Source: Glycera tridactyla
Lineage: Eukaryota
Assembly (NCBI GenBank): GCA_965644265.1
Contig: OZ286470.1
Span: 37,758,001 to 37,822,000, forward strand
Reading direction: 5' to 3'
Length of the DNA stretch: 64,000 bases
Below, piece by piece: positions 13,031 through 26,508 of the stretch. The position numbers were made by a program, and so were the translations under genes. The notes beneath the pieces were generated by a model, which did no database searches, was not told where the DNA came from, and saw nothing but the letters and a program-made list of their open reading frames with translations. The first letter of the stretch is position 1, and each line of letters begins with the position of its first letter.

Positions 13031-14337
13031 CAGTAAAAGATTTCTTGCCATGCCTCAGCGTATGCTGGCCGATGAAGAATAAACAAATGGCCCCGGTGAA
13101 ACATTATACCCCTCCAGGAACATGATGCTCTCAGCATACTCCACAACGATGAACATTGATCTCAGGCACGTGGAATAAGTGACGTTGCATTTCATGAATA
13201 CTGATGAGTCTTCTGATAGTTTGCAATCGGATTCAATGATCAGAAATGTATTTCTCATTCATACCCGATTCAAGCTAAGACACATTTTTGTATTTAAATA
13301 TTTTGGGATTAGTCATATGATGTTACTTCAAACGTTGGGCCAAAAACATTTATCCGCTGCAGTCTTTCACCCATTTGAAGAGATGGGCCTCATATCAATC
13401 GTCATGAAATTGATTGATTGGTTGACGTTCAACCAAATGAATTATGTTAGTCATGTGTTCCTGGTCAATGAAAGCTATATGTTCTGTCTCCTGCTGGCAT
13501 CATTTACACAAACCCTGAACTTAAGATCATGGGTCACTCATGCCTGGTAGCAAAACCTTGTGTTCACTTCAAGCAAGAACTCGCTATGCCCCCCCCCCCC
13601 AAAAACAGAGGTGAGAAGGTTAGGATTCATTGCTATAGCAACAAAATTGATCTGAGATATACGCAAATCAACAAGACCAGGACAACCAGCGTTTCAATAT
13701 CGGTGACTCTCGAATGAGGCAGGTGTGCTGTAAATTGTTCATTTACTACAAAACAAGGATCAGAGAGATCCACCATTGTGCACAGAACATACTATGTAAC
13801 ACTGCTGCGATGAACAGCTTTTCTGTCCAGCTGGAAAAAACCCTCAAAATATCATTGCAGGATAAGATATGCTCTATTCATAGTATGGCAACGTGAAAAT
13901 TATACAAACATTTGTTCTCAGGTTGATCCAGAATCATATATGAATTACAATATGATACAATCAGTCATTACTCGCAACACCTTCTCCATGCCACATTGAC
14001 TTTCATCAACCAGCCACATCTATATCTATATCTGCATCCACACCGCCCCCCATTATGAATTTAAAATTCGGAGGGTATTAATAGCACAGGTGACAGCTGT
14101 ATAGAAATCGTCCCATGCATAGTTTAAGCTGATACGATGAAGATATATGTCATTTAGATACAGTAAAATCCAGGCAAAGTCATTTCAAATGCATAAGAAC
14201 TATCTAGTTTGCTGATCACCAGAGGGTCTACAAAATCCCATCTCCATGTCCATCGATTTTGTCTGTTATCGTACCTCCAGCAGGCAGTGGGACAGTTCTA
14301 CAAGTAAATGGTGACATTCAGCATGTGATCAACATTA

Positions 14338-17300
14338 CTAAGGCCCTAGTCCAGTGTGAGAAATGTTGTGGGTCATGTTTGAGTGAGTGGCAGGGCCTTG
14401 ATTCAGAGATGCCACTTGGAAAACGAGGACATCATATGTGAGCAACGTGCCGATAATCTGAAAATGAAACAATTGCAACATTTCAATCCAATGTGTGAAA
14501 CTGTGTGAAAACAATAATCAATCTGTATTTTTCTGTGAACGCATTCATTCGATCAGTGCATATAAAGCTGATATAGTCTGTCGGAACGGTACTGGGGCTT
14601 TGATTGTGCATCTGGTTTTGTCTTGAATGAGGTCTTAGTTAACCAATTGTCCACACATTATCCATACATTGCAAATTGTGTATCCCAGATTGTATGGATC
14701 ACTGTATAAATGACTATAAAACTGGATCAAGTGAGCAGATTGCGTTTTGTATATATGATGAATTTCTGCCAGTCTGTATTGATTTCTATTATAGCACTTG
14801 TTATCCAAGATCATGATTACAAAAAACACTGTCTGAATTGCAACCCAACTTGATGAAAATTAGAGCCTTCAAGTCTTTAGTGAAAGTGAAAGTGTGAAGG
14901 GGAAGGAGAGCACACATACGGTCACCAGGGCTGGTTTATCGAGATGAAATAGTCCAGGTACTGAATAGGCAATCTGGGGCTCTCTCAACTGGTGAGCGAA
15001 CATCAACACCTTGAAATGAGGTTAGCATATTCACTCAATGAACATCCTGTAGGGTGACACCCCGATTCAGTGACCGTGGAGCTCATTTTATGTGATCCCC
15101 AGAATTTGGAAACTTCACAAGGATTGAAGCACCATTAGGTGCAATTCGCACATTACTTTATATAAGTGATGGGAGTGTTCAATCCATTCCTGATGTGTCA
15201 CATCGGGCACGTTATTGAGTGATGGTGTGATGCCACCACACATCAGCAGTGTCTCCAACTTCCACACTGAGAAATGACACCTCTATTGTATGTTTCTTTC
15301 ATGAATTTTCGCCTTCTTTTAGGGATCCAGAAAGAGGATTCTTGAATGATACCACCCATGCCAATTGCATGGGCGTCACAATATAACACATATCATATTG
15401 CTTTCATTTCAGTACCCACAGGTATTTTATATAAACACGCCACAAAAGTGATTCATTCCAACCATAGTTGATATCTGAAACTCAGATCAAGTGAGGGCAT
15501 TCACTAAACCAATCGTTTATTGACAGATTCACATATGAAGGATACACCGGCCATGCACTTGTAACATCATATTTGAACAAAAATGCATTCGTAATGTTGT
15601 ATTTGAACAGACAGTGCTTCTGTAATGTTATATTTAAACAGAGAGCGCACTTGTGATGTTATATTTGAACAGAAAGTGCATTTATAATGTTATATTTGCA
15701 CAATTCTGCCTCCTCCTGCATTTTTGCCTAGATATGCGATAGTCAAGCAATACACCAATAATATATCTTCACATAGTCTAGGTAATGCCCAGACAACATA
15801 TTTGAGTACTGACACATTCCTTTACTCCCGTATAATTCTGCCTGAGTCGAAGAGATAATCAGTTTAACACGATCAATCAATTGATCCACATCCTAGAAAA
15901 AATAGCAAATACTTATCTGCATCATCCAAAGAACACCAATATATTTTCCAAATGTTTTCGAAGCCTATCACAATTTATCACAGATAGATACAATGTGATG
16001 ACATATGGGATGCATTTCTCAAGTTTTGTTATCATTCACCTCATTGCTTTCAATGGCTGACTGTGATGCCCCTGGAGTTAACATCCCCATGCGATAGATG
16101 ATACTGAGAGGGGCGTGAGCCTGGAAATCAAAATGGTAGACTCAGTTTGGATGACACATCTCTTACTATATGTAACATTGAGATGCACATATTGGTACTC
16201 AAGTGGGCTTTCTATCACACAAGCCAGGGATCCGTGTCAGATTCACGCACAATGGCATCTACTATCACCCATTCACGCAGCGAACTGAATGACTCCTCTA
16301 GTTGGATTTCATATATAATTCATTGGATCATGAGAGATACAACCTCATCTCATTCTCTTCATCAAATCTCTAGTAGTGGCTTCGTGGAGATATTTCATTC
16401 AGGAATACCACGAATGCATTGAAAAAAATCCATGATGGTTTGCTTGTATCATTTCTCTGCTGATGCACATTCGACTCCATTAATGAAATCTACTTGGGCA
16501 TGTACTCCATCCCATTCTCTACATACTACTTTGTCGCCACATTGATGCAATTTCACCCTCCGAAATGCATGGGCATCCTCGATGATGAGTTTCCATGTGA
16601 TCAGGTGCTAAAACTACCATCGACATGTCATGATCGAACTCCTGATATTGAAGTCGCAGCGAGTGTTTTAGTATACGATTCTCAGTAATCTATTACAAAC
16701 TATCTCACTGAATTTCAGGATATATGTCCAAAATATGGATTCAATCATTAATTCAGCATGGTCGATGTTTTTCGCCGATGAGTCCCTTGTGTTTTAAACA
16801 AGTCTCATGTCAAAAGTTTCGTGTCAAAGAACCAGTAAGATATTTTCGTGTACAACCGCAATAACATCCTAAACTTTGCATATGCATCAAATGGTTGGCA
16901 ACTGAGACTTGGGTTTTTTGGGTGACCTTAGCTTTTGACATGCTGAGCAATACATAGAGGCCAATTTTGTGTATATGAATTGAAACGTGGGGATAATTGG
17001 AGACATACAGACATACAGACAGATAAAGCAAACGAGAGTGAGAGAGAGAGGCGGTGGATAGATACAGAGAAAGATTGAGGTGACTGATGCAGACAGACTG
17101 ACAGACAGATGGAGAGACAGATAGACGGACAAAAAGACGGACAGACATGCAGTCAGAGTAATACACAGACATGAAGGTAGACAGGGAAGCAGACTTTAGA
17201 GTGAGACAGAATGATGGATGGATAGATGTATGGATGTATAGATGAATGGATTAATGGATATGTAGATAGGCGGATAGATGGGAAGGATGGGGAAAAGGGC

Positions 17301-18418
17301 AGGCAGCCAGATGCATAAACTGACAGACAGAAGGGGAGGGGGATATGAAATAAGGGAAAACGATTGATTGATAGAGGTATGGATAGATATATGGATAGAC
17401 ACAGCATCTAGCTACTGTTGCTATTATTCACGATGACATTTTGAGATTATTCCTTGCAATGGTCAAGTTGAGATCTTGTAATGGAGAAACTCTCCCATTT
17501 TTGGATAGTGGATGATGCAGCAAACATTAGGAGGAAGCAGGTGGATGCGAACAGCATCCCATAGATGTGGATGAGCAGGGTTGCTGTGTCCAGAGTTGAT
17601 ATTGACATGGCATAAGTTGAAAGACAGATGACTGCCTGGATACCAATCACGAACAAACTCATCTCACCTTAGCAACCAAATCAGATAACTGTAGATGCTC
17701 CCATCTCAGCAACTTAATATCCTCTTTTCTGACTACTCCATCATGTAGTATCTTCTCCAAACGGATCATCACATCCTTGAATTCTTGTATTCGTATAAAT
17801 GATGCTAGAAGTGTGAATATGTTGGATATCAAATAATGGACGGGAATGACGTGAAAAACGACAAGAGGAACTCACGACAGAGATGCGGAAAGCATTCACA
17901 GGCTCCAACCAAGGGCAGGCAATCAGTGATGAGATGTCATCCATTCCAAGGTTGTAATATAATGCCAATATGCCCCACACAGAAGATGATATTGGAGTGA
18001 GAGTGGCAATGATGATGATAATCATAACAAAACACTTGATTTTTCTTCTATATTTTGGATAGCTGAAGTCAGAGACACTGAAAAGTTCTTCAATGAAGGG
18101 GATGATCATCTGCCAGGCATGGTGATTGTAGAAGTTGGTCAATACATTGTGGGCGAGTATGAGTGCAAAAGGAAGTCGAGATAGGAGATTGTCCAGTTCC
18201 ATGGGACCTAAGATGATTGACACTAGGCAGCGTATCATGAACCTCAGAGTCAGGACCAAATGCAACCAACATCAACCAAAATAGTGTAGGCGTTGTAACG
18301 TGGTGTACCTTTGGCCTGGTCTGTAAACCACTCCAGCGAATATTCGCATGTAAATTATTAATGGATAAAAATCCTCGTACAATGATGAATCATTGGTTGT
18401 GAATGCATTGCTCTCCAT
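14338..18418 (-). pseudogene. GRL-B1 pseudogene; exons 17495-18418, 16040-16120, 14920-15009, 14338-14457
   Basis: Colinear with the intact paralog at 52818-56047. Lesions: TGA at 18272-18274, +1 frameshift near 17870, 4-nt deletion near 17664, 15-nt deletion near 17635, and exon-1 donor GT changed to GA (17493-17494). E4 reads IIGTLLTYDVLVFQV. Confidence 0.87.
17030..17400. repeat. Compound (GACA)/(GATA)/(GGAT) microsatellite in GRL-B1 intron 1
   Basis: Seen directly. A similar tract lies in the paralogous intron at ~54860-55020. Confidence 0.8.
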
Positions 18419-18879
18419 GATTCAGCCCGACTCCAAGCTTATGGTAAAAGTATGGCAGGAGCAGTTTCCATTTGCAAGCAGCTCTGACTTCTTCTGAGAA
18501 TGGCGTCAATGTCATAAGCAACAGGAAATTGTGTACCATTAGGCAATGTGTACTGGGTGACTTATGTGTCTCCCACACACTCTCAATGTTTACTCACCAT
18601 CATGCCGAATGCAAATGTGGCATTCCAGCTAGTCTGTTTGGAAAGGGCGCATAACCACATCAAGGCCAGATCAACGATCCATTGTCCGATGATGGTTACA
18701 GAGAAGCCATTGATCGAAACAAACCACTGGAAATTTCTCCGCAGGACGCGGTGATGAACTATTGACCAAGTATAACCTACTGAGAGCATGGTTGCATAGA
18801 ACAATTCGCAGTAGTAAACGAAATTGTTCATGATCTGAGCACACAGCATCACATCGTTATTCATCTACTGAACGTTACT

Positions 18880-19365
18880 CAAAAGAATTTCCAAACTATG
18901 AAGATACGGATGGAAACAATCTTGATTTCACATTCGATGATGAATATGACCAGCTTCAGCTGTATCCGACAGACCATGGAGAGATCGGAGAATAAGGGAT
19001 TGGATTGATACTTAGATTCTCTATTTGTTGACACTCTACAAGAGTTGTTCCAGGTTAGGCACAATTGACAACCTGAGTCTTGAGATATGCATTTGTGAAG
19101 TAGCGGCACTTGGTTACAGTTTTCATCGATATAGAGAAAGCCTATTCCTCCATCCGAAGACATTGATCCATCCAATGTGAATCTAAAGGTCAAAATACCG
19201 AATTCCCTCCTTTTTTCCAAGGAATTGATTATTCTTTGTCCGACTCAGGTTCACCTTCGAAGACAATTTTACCGAGGGACGTTGATTCCTCGAGGAAGCA
19301 TCCTGTCAAACACCATTTTCAGCATCGAAGTGAGCAGTATCATAGAATGCCTCAACCGAAACACC
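18880..19365 (+). mobile_element. Degenerate LINE RT relic (I/Nimb-like), left part
   Basis: Broken translation matches the RT consensus: SCIRQTMER, RHLVTVFIDIEKAY, IPRGSILSNTIFSIEVSSIIECLNRNTD (motif A and the PQG motif). Confidence 0.75.
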
Positions 19366-19580
19366 GATCCCCCCCAGGTTTAGTATTTAACCTGGGGATC
19401 TATACTCACCATTTCTCCCTCAAATTTAGCATTCCCCGGGCCGATAGGCCTACGTGCGAACATTAAAACAATAAGAATCCTATTTAGGGGTGTCCCTCCC
19501 GGCCGCTGGTAGTTCCTCCAGATGGCAGGTGGGACTGTTGTTGTCCCTAGCAACTACCGAGTACTCTTTGTATTTTCAAC
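19366..19580 (-). repeat. DIRS1 3' ITR (19397-19580) plus 31-bp right extension (19366-19396)
   Basis: 19397-19580 is the reverse complement of 35437-35620. The extension holds the hairpin CCCAGGTT-TAGTATTT-AACCTGGG. Confidence 0.9.
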
Positions 19581-19629
19581 GAGCGTCAAACTCTACAGCG
19601 GGGACGGATGGGAGGGACCATCCATTTGT

Positions 19630-19714
19630 GGGAGAAATGGTAAGTATAGATCCCCAGGTTAAATGCTAAACCTGGGGGGATCTATCTGTACCATTTCTCC
19701 CTCAAATTTAGCAT
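19630..19714 (-). repeat. DIRS1 internal complementary region (ICR)
   Basis: The first half is complementary to 19366-19420 and the second half to 35586-35620. They join at GATC (19679-19682), the predicted circle junction. Confidence 0.9.
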
Positions 19715-19799
19715 GAATAAGACACGGATGGAGGGTGTAGAGTAATTACAATCCTCTTTTTGGGAATAATTTTATAAATATTCCGAGTCTCATCTATCT

Positions 19800-20280
19800 A
19801 AAATATAGACCAGGAGAACTCTCCGTGTCTCTCGGGGTTATCTCCCCCGAGTATTCTAATATATACACTATTAGGACCAGGAGAATGTCTCTGTGTCTCT
19901 CAGGATATGAACCCAAGTATCAATATATTTACACTCATTGTTGACCAGGAGTCAAAACCTCCGTGTCTCTCAAGATGATTGATCCCGAGTGTTAATCTAT
20001 CTATATACACTATTCTGGACCAAGAGTCAAAAACTCTGTGTCTCTCGGGACAATCGAAACCTGAGTATTGATATATACATACTATTAAGAACCCGGAGTC
20101 AAATCTCCGTGTCTCTCAGGACAACCAACCTGAGTATCAATGTATATTTACACTATTACGGACAAGGAGTCTAAGCTCTATGTCTCTCACAAATATTCGA
20201 CACCGAGTGTACACTTATCTACATTATAAGGACCTGGATTATTCTCCTTGTCTCTCTGATTCTCCTACCTACCAATAGGT
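19800..20280. repeat. ~70-bp imperfect tandem repeats (7 units) in the DIRS1 3' region
   Basis: GACCAGGAG...GTGTCTCTC units start at 19808, 19875, 19943, 20018, 20089, 20161 and 20231. Confidence 0.8.
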
Positions 20281-20346
20281 AAAATAAAATGTCTTGTTTG
20301 TCCGAGTGTTCATATCTATAATATCGATTTGTACAATCCTAATCTC

Positions 20347-21831
20347 CTACTCAGTCTGTGTCTCAGGATTGACTACTGACTGAGCTACAACAATGGGGCC
20401 AAGTGAATATATATCTAAAGCTTGGCCGCACATGTCTCTGAGATAGAAATTCCCAAACGTGTTACCGGACTTCCAGTAGGCAGCTCTCATTAAGTCGTCC
20501 ACTGGACAGGTCTGATTTAAAGACCTCCAAGATGCCGCAATGGCTCTCACCTCATGAGCTGAAATACTATCTGGTAATTGTCTATCTCCTTCTGCGTTCT
20601 CATAAGCCTGTCTAACTATTTGTTGTATCCAGGCTGACACCCTGTCTACTCTGATCTCATTTGATGTTGTTCTGTTTGGTGGAATCAGCAATCTAACTCT
20701 ATTCACTCTATATTCCGCCATTCTTTCTAGATATAAATGTAGAGTCCTAACCGGACACAAGGAAACACCAATATTTCTTTCATTCCCTGAGTTCAGAGCC
20801 GGAATAATAATCTCAGGACCTCTTGCCGAAGGTTTCTGGTTCTTAGCTAAGAATCCAGGGACAGAGAAAATCCATACGTTAGAACGGTCTGCAGCAAATC
20901 TAACTGATGAAGAGAACGCGTGGATTTCGCTTTGGCACCTGACCGAGGCCAGTGCCAACAGAAAAACAGTTTTTCTAGTCAAATTGACTATCCCACATGA
21001 TTCAAGGGGTTCAAAGGTATCACCCTTGAGGAATCTTAATACTATAGAGAGTTCCCATAAGGGAACTGTCTTCAGCTGAACTGGTCTCTCAATCTCCATG
21101 TTGTTCTGCAAGGCCTTAAGGTCTTTCCCATTTAAGACCTGGCAATCTGTGTGGATAAATACTGATTGGAGGGCATTGCGATAGCCCCAAATAGTAGCCG
21201 GTTTGAGTCCCAACTCGAATAGCTCGATAAAGAAATCAGCTACTTGTGGTGTAGTGGGGTTCTTACAATCCACCCCATGACTCCTACACCAAAAGAACCA
21301 CTTTTTCCATCTACTATTGTAGATGGAGGCGGAAGATCCTCTAATGGACTCAGCGATCCGCTCTGACGCCTTTGCAGAATAACCTTTGATTGAGAGGGCT
21401 CCCCGGACAGACACCAGACGGTCAGCCCCATCAGTTGTGGACGATAATGATGCACTCTCTTCCTCCCCACTATCTGAGTCATTAATTCTTTGCAAATTGG
21501 TAGTTCTATGGGTTGGTCTATAGATAGCTCCAAGAGGTCTGGGAACCACGACTGATTCGGCCACCACGGTGCTATGCAGATCAGTGTGATTCCCAGACCC
21601 CTCAGTTTCCCTATTACTTCCTTGATCATTCCTGTTGGAGGATATATGTATGCCAACCCTAGAGTGCTCCAATCTGTCGACATCGTGTCCACCGCCCAGG
21701 CTCTCGGATCTGGCACTGGACTTATAAATATGGGTAGCTTGGTGCTCTTGGCTGTTGCCATCAGGTCTATATTTGGAAATGGATTGAATCTCACTAGAAT
21801 CTGGTTGAAAATCTGTTGGTCTAATTCCCAT
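20347..21831 (-). pseudogene. DIRS1 tyrosine recombinase, catalytic Arg apparently mutated
   Basis: Typical DIRS YR blocks (LTRKTVFLLALAS, LCPVRTL, AHEVRA, YWKS..TF.NFY). SVRCQSEI has Cys where the xRxSE catalytic Arg is expected (CGC to TGC). Confidence 0.85.
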
Positions 21832-23200
21832 TTTGTTTGGATGGGTTCCCCTCGAGATTGAGCGTCTGCTATCACATTCCTTTTCCTAGGAATGTGTCTG
21901 ACCTGAATGAATAATTGCAGACTCTCTGCCAACATAAACACTTGCCACGCCAGACCGCATAGAAGAGAAGAATGGGTGCCTCCCTGCTTGGCCAGGTAAG
22001 AAACCGTGGTTGTGTTGTCTGAGAGTACCAGTACTACTTGGGCTTGGAGATGCATTGAGATCTCCCTCATTGCTAAAAGAACTGCTTCTAGCTCTAATGC
22101 ATTTATAGATCTCCCCTTGTGTGTTGCTGGCAACTCCCCTGCACACTGGAATCGATGATCCCCCACGGTTAGATACGCTCCACAACCCTGCAGGGAGGCA
22201 TCCGTCATTAGAGTCACTGTGACCTGTCGAGGTTTCAGAGGGACTCCCCCGTATACCTTCTCTTTCTGCTGCCACCATTTTGAAGTTTCCAGAACTGTAT
22301 TGGGCCAGTCAGAAGAATCTCTGGTGAGTCCATGAATGGACGCCATTGTGATAATAGGAACATCTGTAGAGGGCGCATATTTAGGCGTCCCATGTGAACA
22401 AAATTTGACATGCTGGACATGTGTCCAAGTAATCTTAGAATTGCTCTGGCTGGCTGCCAAGGCCTCCTTAGGAACAGTTGAACACACTGAAAAATCTTCT
22501 CTACTCTTTTCCATGCAGGCTTCACTGGGCACTCTTGGGTATTGAAATCTATTCCTAGGTAGGTAAATTGTTGACTTGGGGTCAAATCTGATTTCTCCCG
22601 ATTGACTATCAGTCCCAAGTTCTCCGCAAGGTCTAAAACGTATTTCAACTGATCCTGAAGGACGAATGGATCTTGGTGCCCCAGCAGCCAGTCGTCCAGG
22701 TCGAAATGCATTTTTGTTCCTCTCTGATGTAAATGTTGTGCCACTTCCCTCAGCACCATTGTAAAGACTCTGGGTGCTGAGGAAAGGCCGAAGGGAAGGG
22801 CTCGAAACTGGTATGCCTCCCCCTTCGACACAGCAAAACGCAGGTATCTTTGAAAGCTCTGATGTGTTGGCACATGAAAATATGCGTCCTTCAAGTCGAT
22901 GGAGACCGTCCAGTCTAGTGGTGCTATTGACTTCACCACCGACAGGGCGGTCTCCATCTTGAATTTCTGGTTGTGTAGAAGGATATTCAACGGTCTTAAA
23001 TTTATGACAGGGCGAAAACCCCCTAATGTCTTGGAGACCAGGAACAGATTGCAATAGAAACCCGGTTCCTCTTCTGGGTAAATTCTGATTATTGCTTGTT
23101 TCTGCATCATGTTCCTGATCTCCAAGAGCAACGCTTCTCTCTTTTCCATGTTCTTTGGTAATGAAATCGGAAGAGCTATTGGAGATAGTGGTTCCCACAA
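21240..23200 (-). pseudogene. DIRS1 pol: RT (22235-23200) frameshifted near 22280 into RNase H and the Dam-like methyltransferase domain
   Basis: RT: IDLKDAYFHVP, ALPFGLSSAP, DLDDW (YLDD mutated). RH: TDASLQG, INALELEAV, SDNTT, ADAQSR. MT: IDLMAT...AWAVDT...YIYPP. Confidence 0.88.
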
Positions 23201-23232
23201 TCTGCATCTCCGAGGGAGTGACGCTCGTCCCC

Positions 23233-25849
23233 CTAGGGCCGATGACGTTTACCACGTCCTCTCCCTCTAGTGAAATTACCTCTCGTTTCCTGATTTGTTT
23301 TCTGGAATTGATGCTGATTGTACTCATTATTGTCAAATTTGTTGTTGTTATTATTCTGGGCACCTCTTCCTCTGCCTCTACCTTGGCTCCTCTGGCCTCT
23401 ACCTTTGGAGTTACCTGTACCTCTGGCTCTAAACTGTTGTGAACCTCTAGGGGCTCCTTGAGACTGGGAGCATAGATATGTAGGAGTTCTAAAATCATAA
23501 GCCAATTCACGAGATACTCTGCCTGCTTCAATGATTGTTTGGAAGCTTCCAGCAATTTCCCTCCTAACAGCTCCTCCTGATCTAAAGGTAAGGCTCTTAG
23601 TTGTGACTTAGTTTGTTCATCGAAATCCAAGGTTCTAAGGGCTTGTGTCCTCCTCACTAACTCCATATTTCCTGTCACTTTCAATACTAATTGTGCAGTG
23701 TGTTCGATGGCTTTCAGACCCACTCTCGTTGCATTCTTAGCTTTCTTCTTTATATCTTTGACTTCAGCTTCAGACACATCTGCTGCACATAAACTTGTAG
23801 CTAATGCAAAGTCTGCATATGACAAAGTCTTTATAGCTTCCCTCAGGGTCAGCTCGTCATTTGAGGGTCTTAGATCTACCTTTGAGGATTTTCCATATTT
23901 CACAAAATCTGAATCTATTTGTGGGGCCTCTACCAAATATCGTTTAGATCTCTCCCCTGTCTTTCTTATCTTATAAGAACGGTAGTTGCATCCATATGTC
24001 CGAGGAATGGAAGCCCTGAAATATTTTGCAGACGACTCTACCATACCTCCCCTCCCTAGTTTAAACTCTTCCATAGGAGTTGTGATGGGAACAAGCTTCT
24101 GACCTTTATCTCGACCTTGTAAGGCTCTATCTAGTATCTCTTGGCTATTGATAAGCAGTGACGCTAATGGAAGGGAAGTCTCTGCTATATTTTCAGCCTC
24201 TCTTTCTGCTTCATCCTCATCTGACTCATCAATTCCATGAGTCTGGGCCACTCCTTCTCCCTCCTTATCACAGGTATCTGGAATAGTGATAATGGATGGG
24301 AGCATCTCCGCCGCAAATCTTCTAAATGATCTCATCCTCCTCCGCACTGCTGGTTTCTCTTTCTCTCCTTCTGACTCATGGCCTGAATCATCCCTTCTGC
24401 ACTCCACCGATTTCTTCTCCAGCTTACTCTCTAGCGAGTCTATTCTATTTTGCATTGCCTGGAAGCAGGCTTCTGAGTGTAAATCTTCTGTTCTCCTCTG
24501 ATCTAATTTATCAGGAGAATCATTGATCACCCGACTATCTCCCGTAATGGCAACCTGACCTGGAGCTGCAGCCGTACAAGGGGTGATCTTCCTGACCTTA
24601 GTCGGTTTGGCTGCTGAGTTCTGATTAGCTTTCCTCTTATTTGTGTCGGGATGAACCATAGTAGGTCTCTGATTTGTATTAGACCTCATCTCCTTCATAA
24701 ATTTGTCTATATCCTTGAGCCTGTCCTCCATCTCCTGTTTCTTTTTAGTTAGCTCTCGGAGCTGTTCCTCTGTGGAAGAGTGAACCGAAGATGGAGAACC
24801 AAACAAATTTGTTTGTAAACCAACCTCCTCTTCATCATCAGACTTATTTTTATGTACCTGCGCCAGAACTACTCTCTGATTGACCTTAGATTGTGTCTGT
24901 GCGGTAGAATCATTATGCATCTCCTCTCTCACCGATGCATGTCTCAACTGTGTCTCATTATCAGCTGGACGATTTTGATTTGTGACTGTGGTTCCATGTA
25001 AAGAATGCTGCTCTACTTCATCAACCTTGTCACTATCTGATTCCTTATCTGAATCTGACTTATCTCGTCTGCTACTAACTGGAGGGTCAAACTCCTGTTC
25101 GCTATCATTCCCTCTCAGTATCTTTTTCTTTTGGCCCATTGGTCTATTCGGAGAGTCATTCCTCATTGTCTGTTCTATCTGGGAGGTGTCCACCAACTCG
25201 TTCTCCTGTGCAACCTCCCTAACTGACCTATATGACCGATTGCTGATCGGTCGAGGAATACCGCTCTTCCTGCTCAAGGGCCTGGACCTCAATGAGGACC
25301 TGTGTGATGTCATAGATTCATGAACTGAATTATCCTCCTTGTTTTTAGGATGTCCACCCTCCAGAGATGAGGGTCCAGTGACATCTGGAGGATCCACCCT
25401 CGTTGTCTGCTCAGTGTTAGCTTCTATTCTTTTCCTAGCCAACTCTTTCCTCAATCTGATAGACTCAACTAAATTTGGTCTCAACTCCATTTCATCTGCC
25501 ATGTTACTACTAGTCTCTGACACTTCTGATCTAGTAGGGAGCTTGTCTGGGATAATCTTAGCAGATTTGAGAATATGGGAACCTGAAGCTTTTGAGGAAA
25601 CGTGGTTCTAGGGTCAGATACTCTGGGCAGACTCTCGTAAGATTTTGATTTCCTTCTCAAGGAAAACCTATGTCTACTGTGAATAACATCCCATCTATCC
25701 TGGGTCCAATCTTCACAAATACTGCATGTCTTCTGGTGACCAGTGCCTGCTTCTAAATCTCCGCATGGTCTGCATGATGGACATTGATTGTGGTCATCCC
25801 ACATTGCCATTGAATGTCCACAGGCTGCTTGTTTCTGGTTAGAAGACAT
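23233..25849 (-). pseudogene. DIRS1 gag-like ORF (frameshifted near 25500 and 23510)
   Basis: N-terminal Cys/His finger (ACGHSMAMWDDHNQCPSC...CSICEDW), a charged low-complexity middle, and an RG-rich C-terminus at 23233-23505. Confidence 0.7.
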
Positions 25850-26508
25850 GTTGGTGACTTTTTTATCCTGTTATCAGTTGGGCTATGGATCAGAGTATCA
25901 ATTATGCGCGTCTCAGGGGGGGACCACTCTTCACTTTGCTATCTCAGGCTGGGATCAACAATATACAGAGCAAGATATGAAAATCACAGGCGTGTTTGAA
26001 ATGCCATTTTACCGCTCAGGCTGATATCAACAATACAAAAGCAGGATATGAAAATCACAGGTGTGTTTGAAACGCCATTTCAAGGCTCTCACCAACAAGA
26101 CAACATAGACACAGTTTTGTATAGTATATCTTATTCCAGCCCACCATCAATCAAAGCATTATTGTGTGCACTACACTCTCTAGTGTGGATTGACAGCCGC
26201 ATGGCCGCACGGACGGACGGGCGCACAGACAGACAGACCGACAGCTTATCACACAGTCTGCCCGAAGGCGTAGAACTAGCACGGAATTTAAACCGAGAAC
26301 GCTACCTACGACGCTAGCTCTCGGAACGCATTCGTGCGGTAAACAAACCTCAGACCGATACACAGACGTACAGACGGACGGACAGTTCCACAACTATATA
26401 CACTCGAAGCTCTCTGAGAACGCTACATGGAACGCTCAACAACCTTTGAACAAGCGCTGTCAACGCTGATCTCTGAGCGCGTCCCAGAGAACGCAATTGA
26501 TAACATCA

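Noticed and set aside
16810-17407. Several short ORFs, likewise at 3491-4001, 51455-51904 and 54766-55039
   Set aside because: Translations of microsatellites or of the N gap.
21240-25523. 1427-aa ORF as a real gag-pol polyprotein
   Set aside because: It is a chimera of the gag frame, the overlap frame and RH/MT created by indels; the RT motifs are in a different frame (22235-23200).
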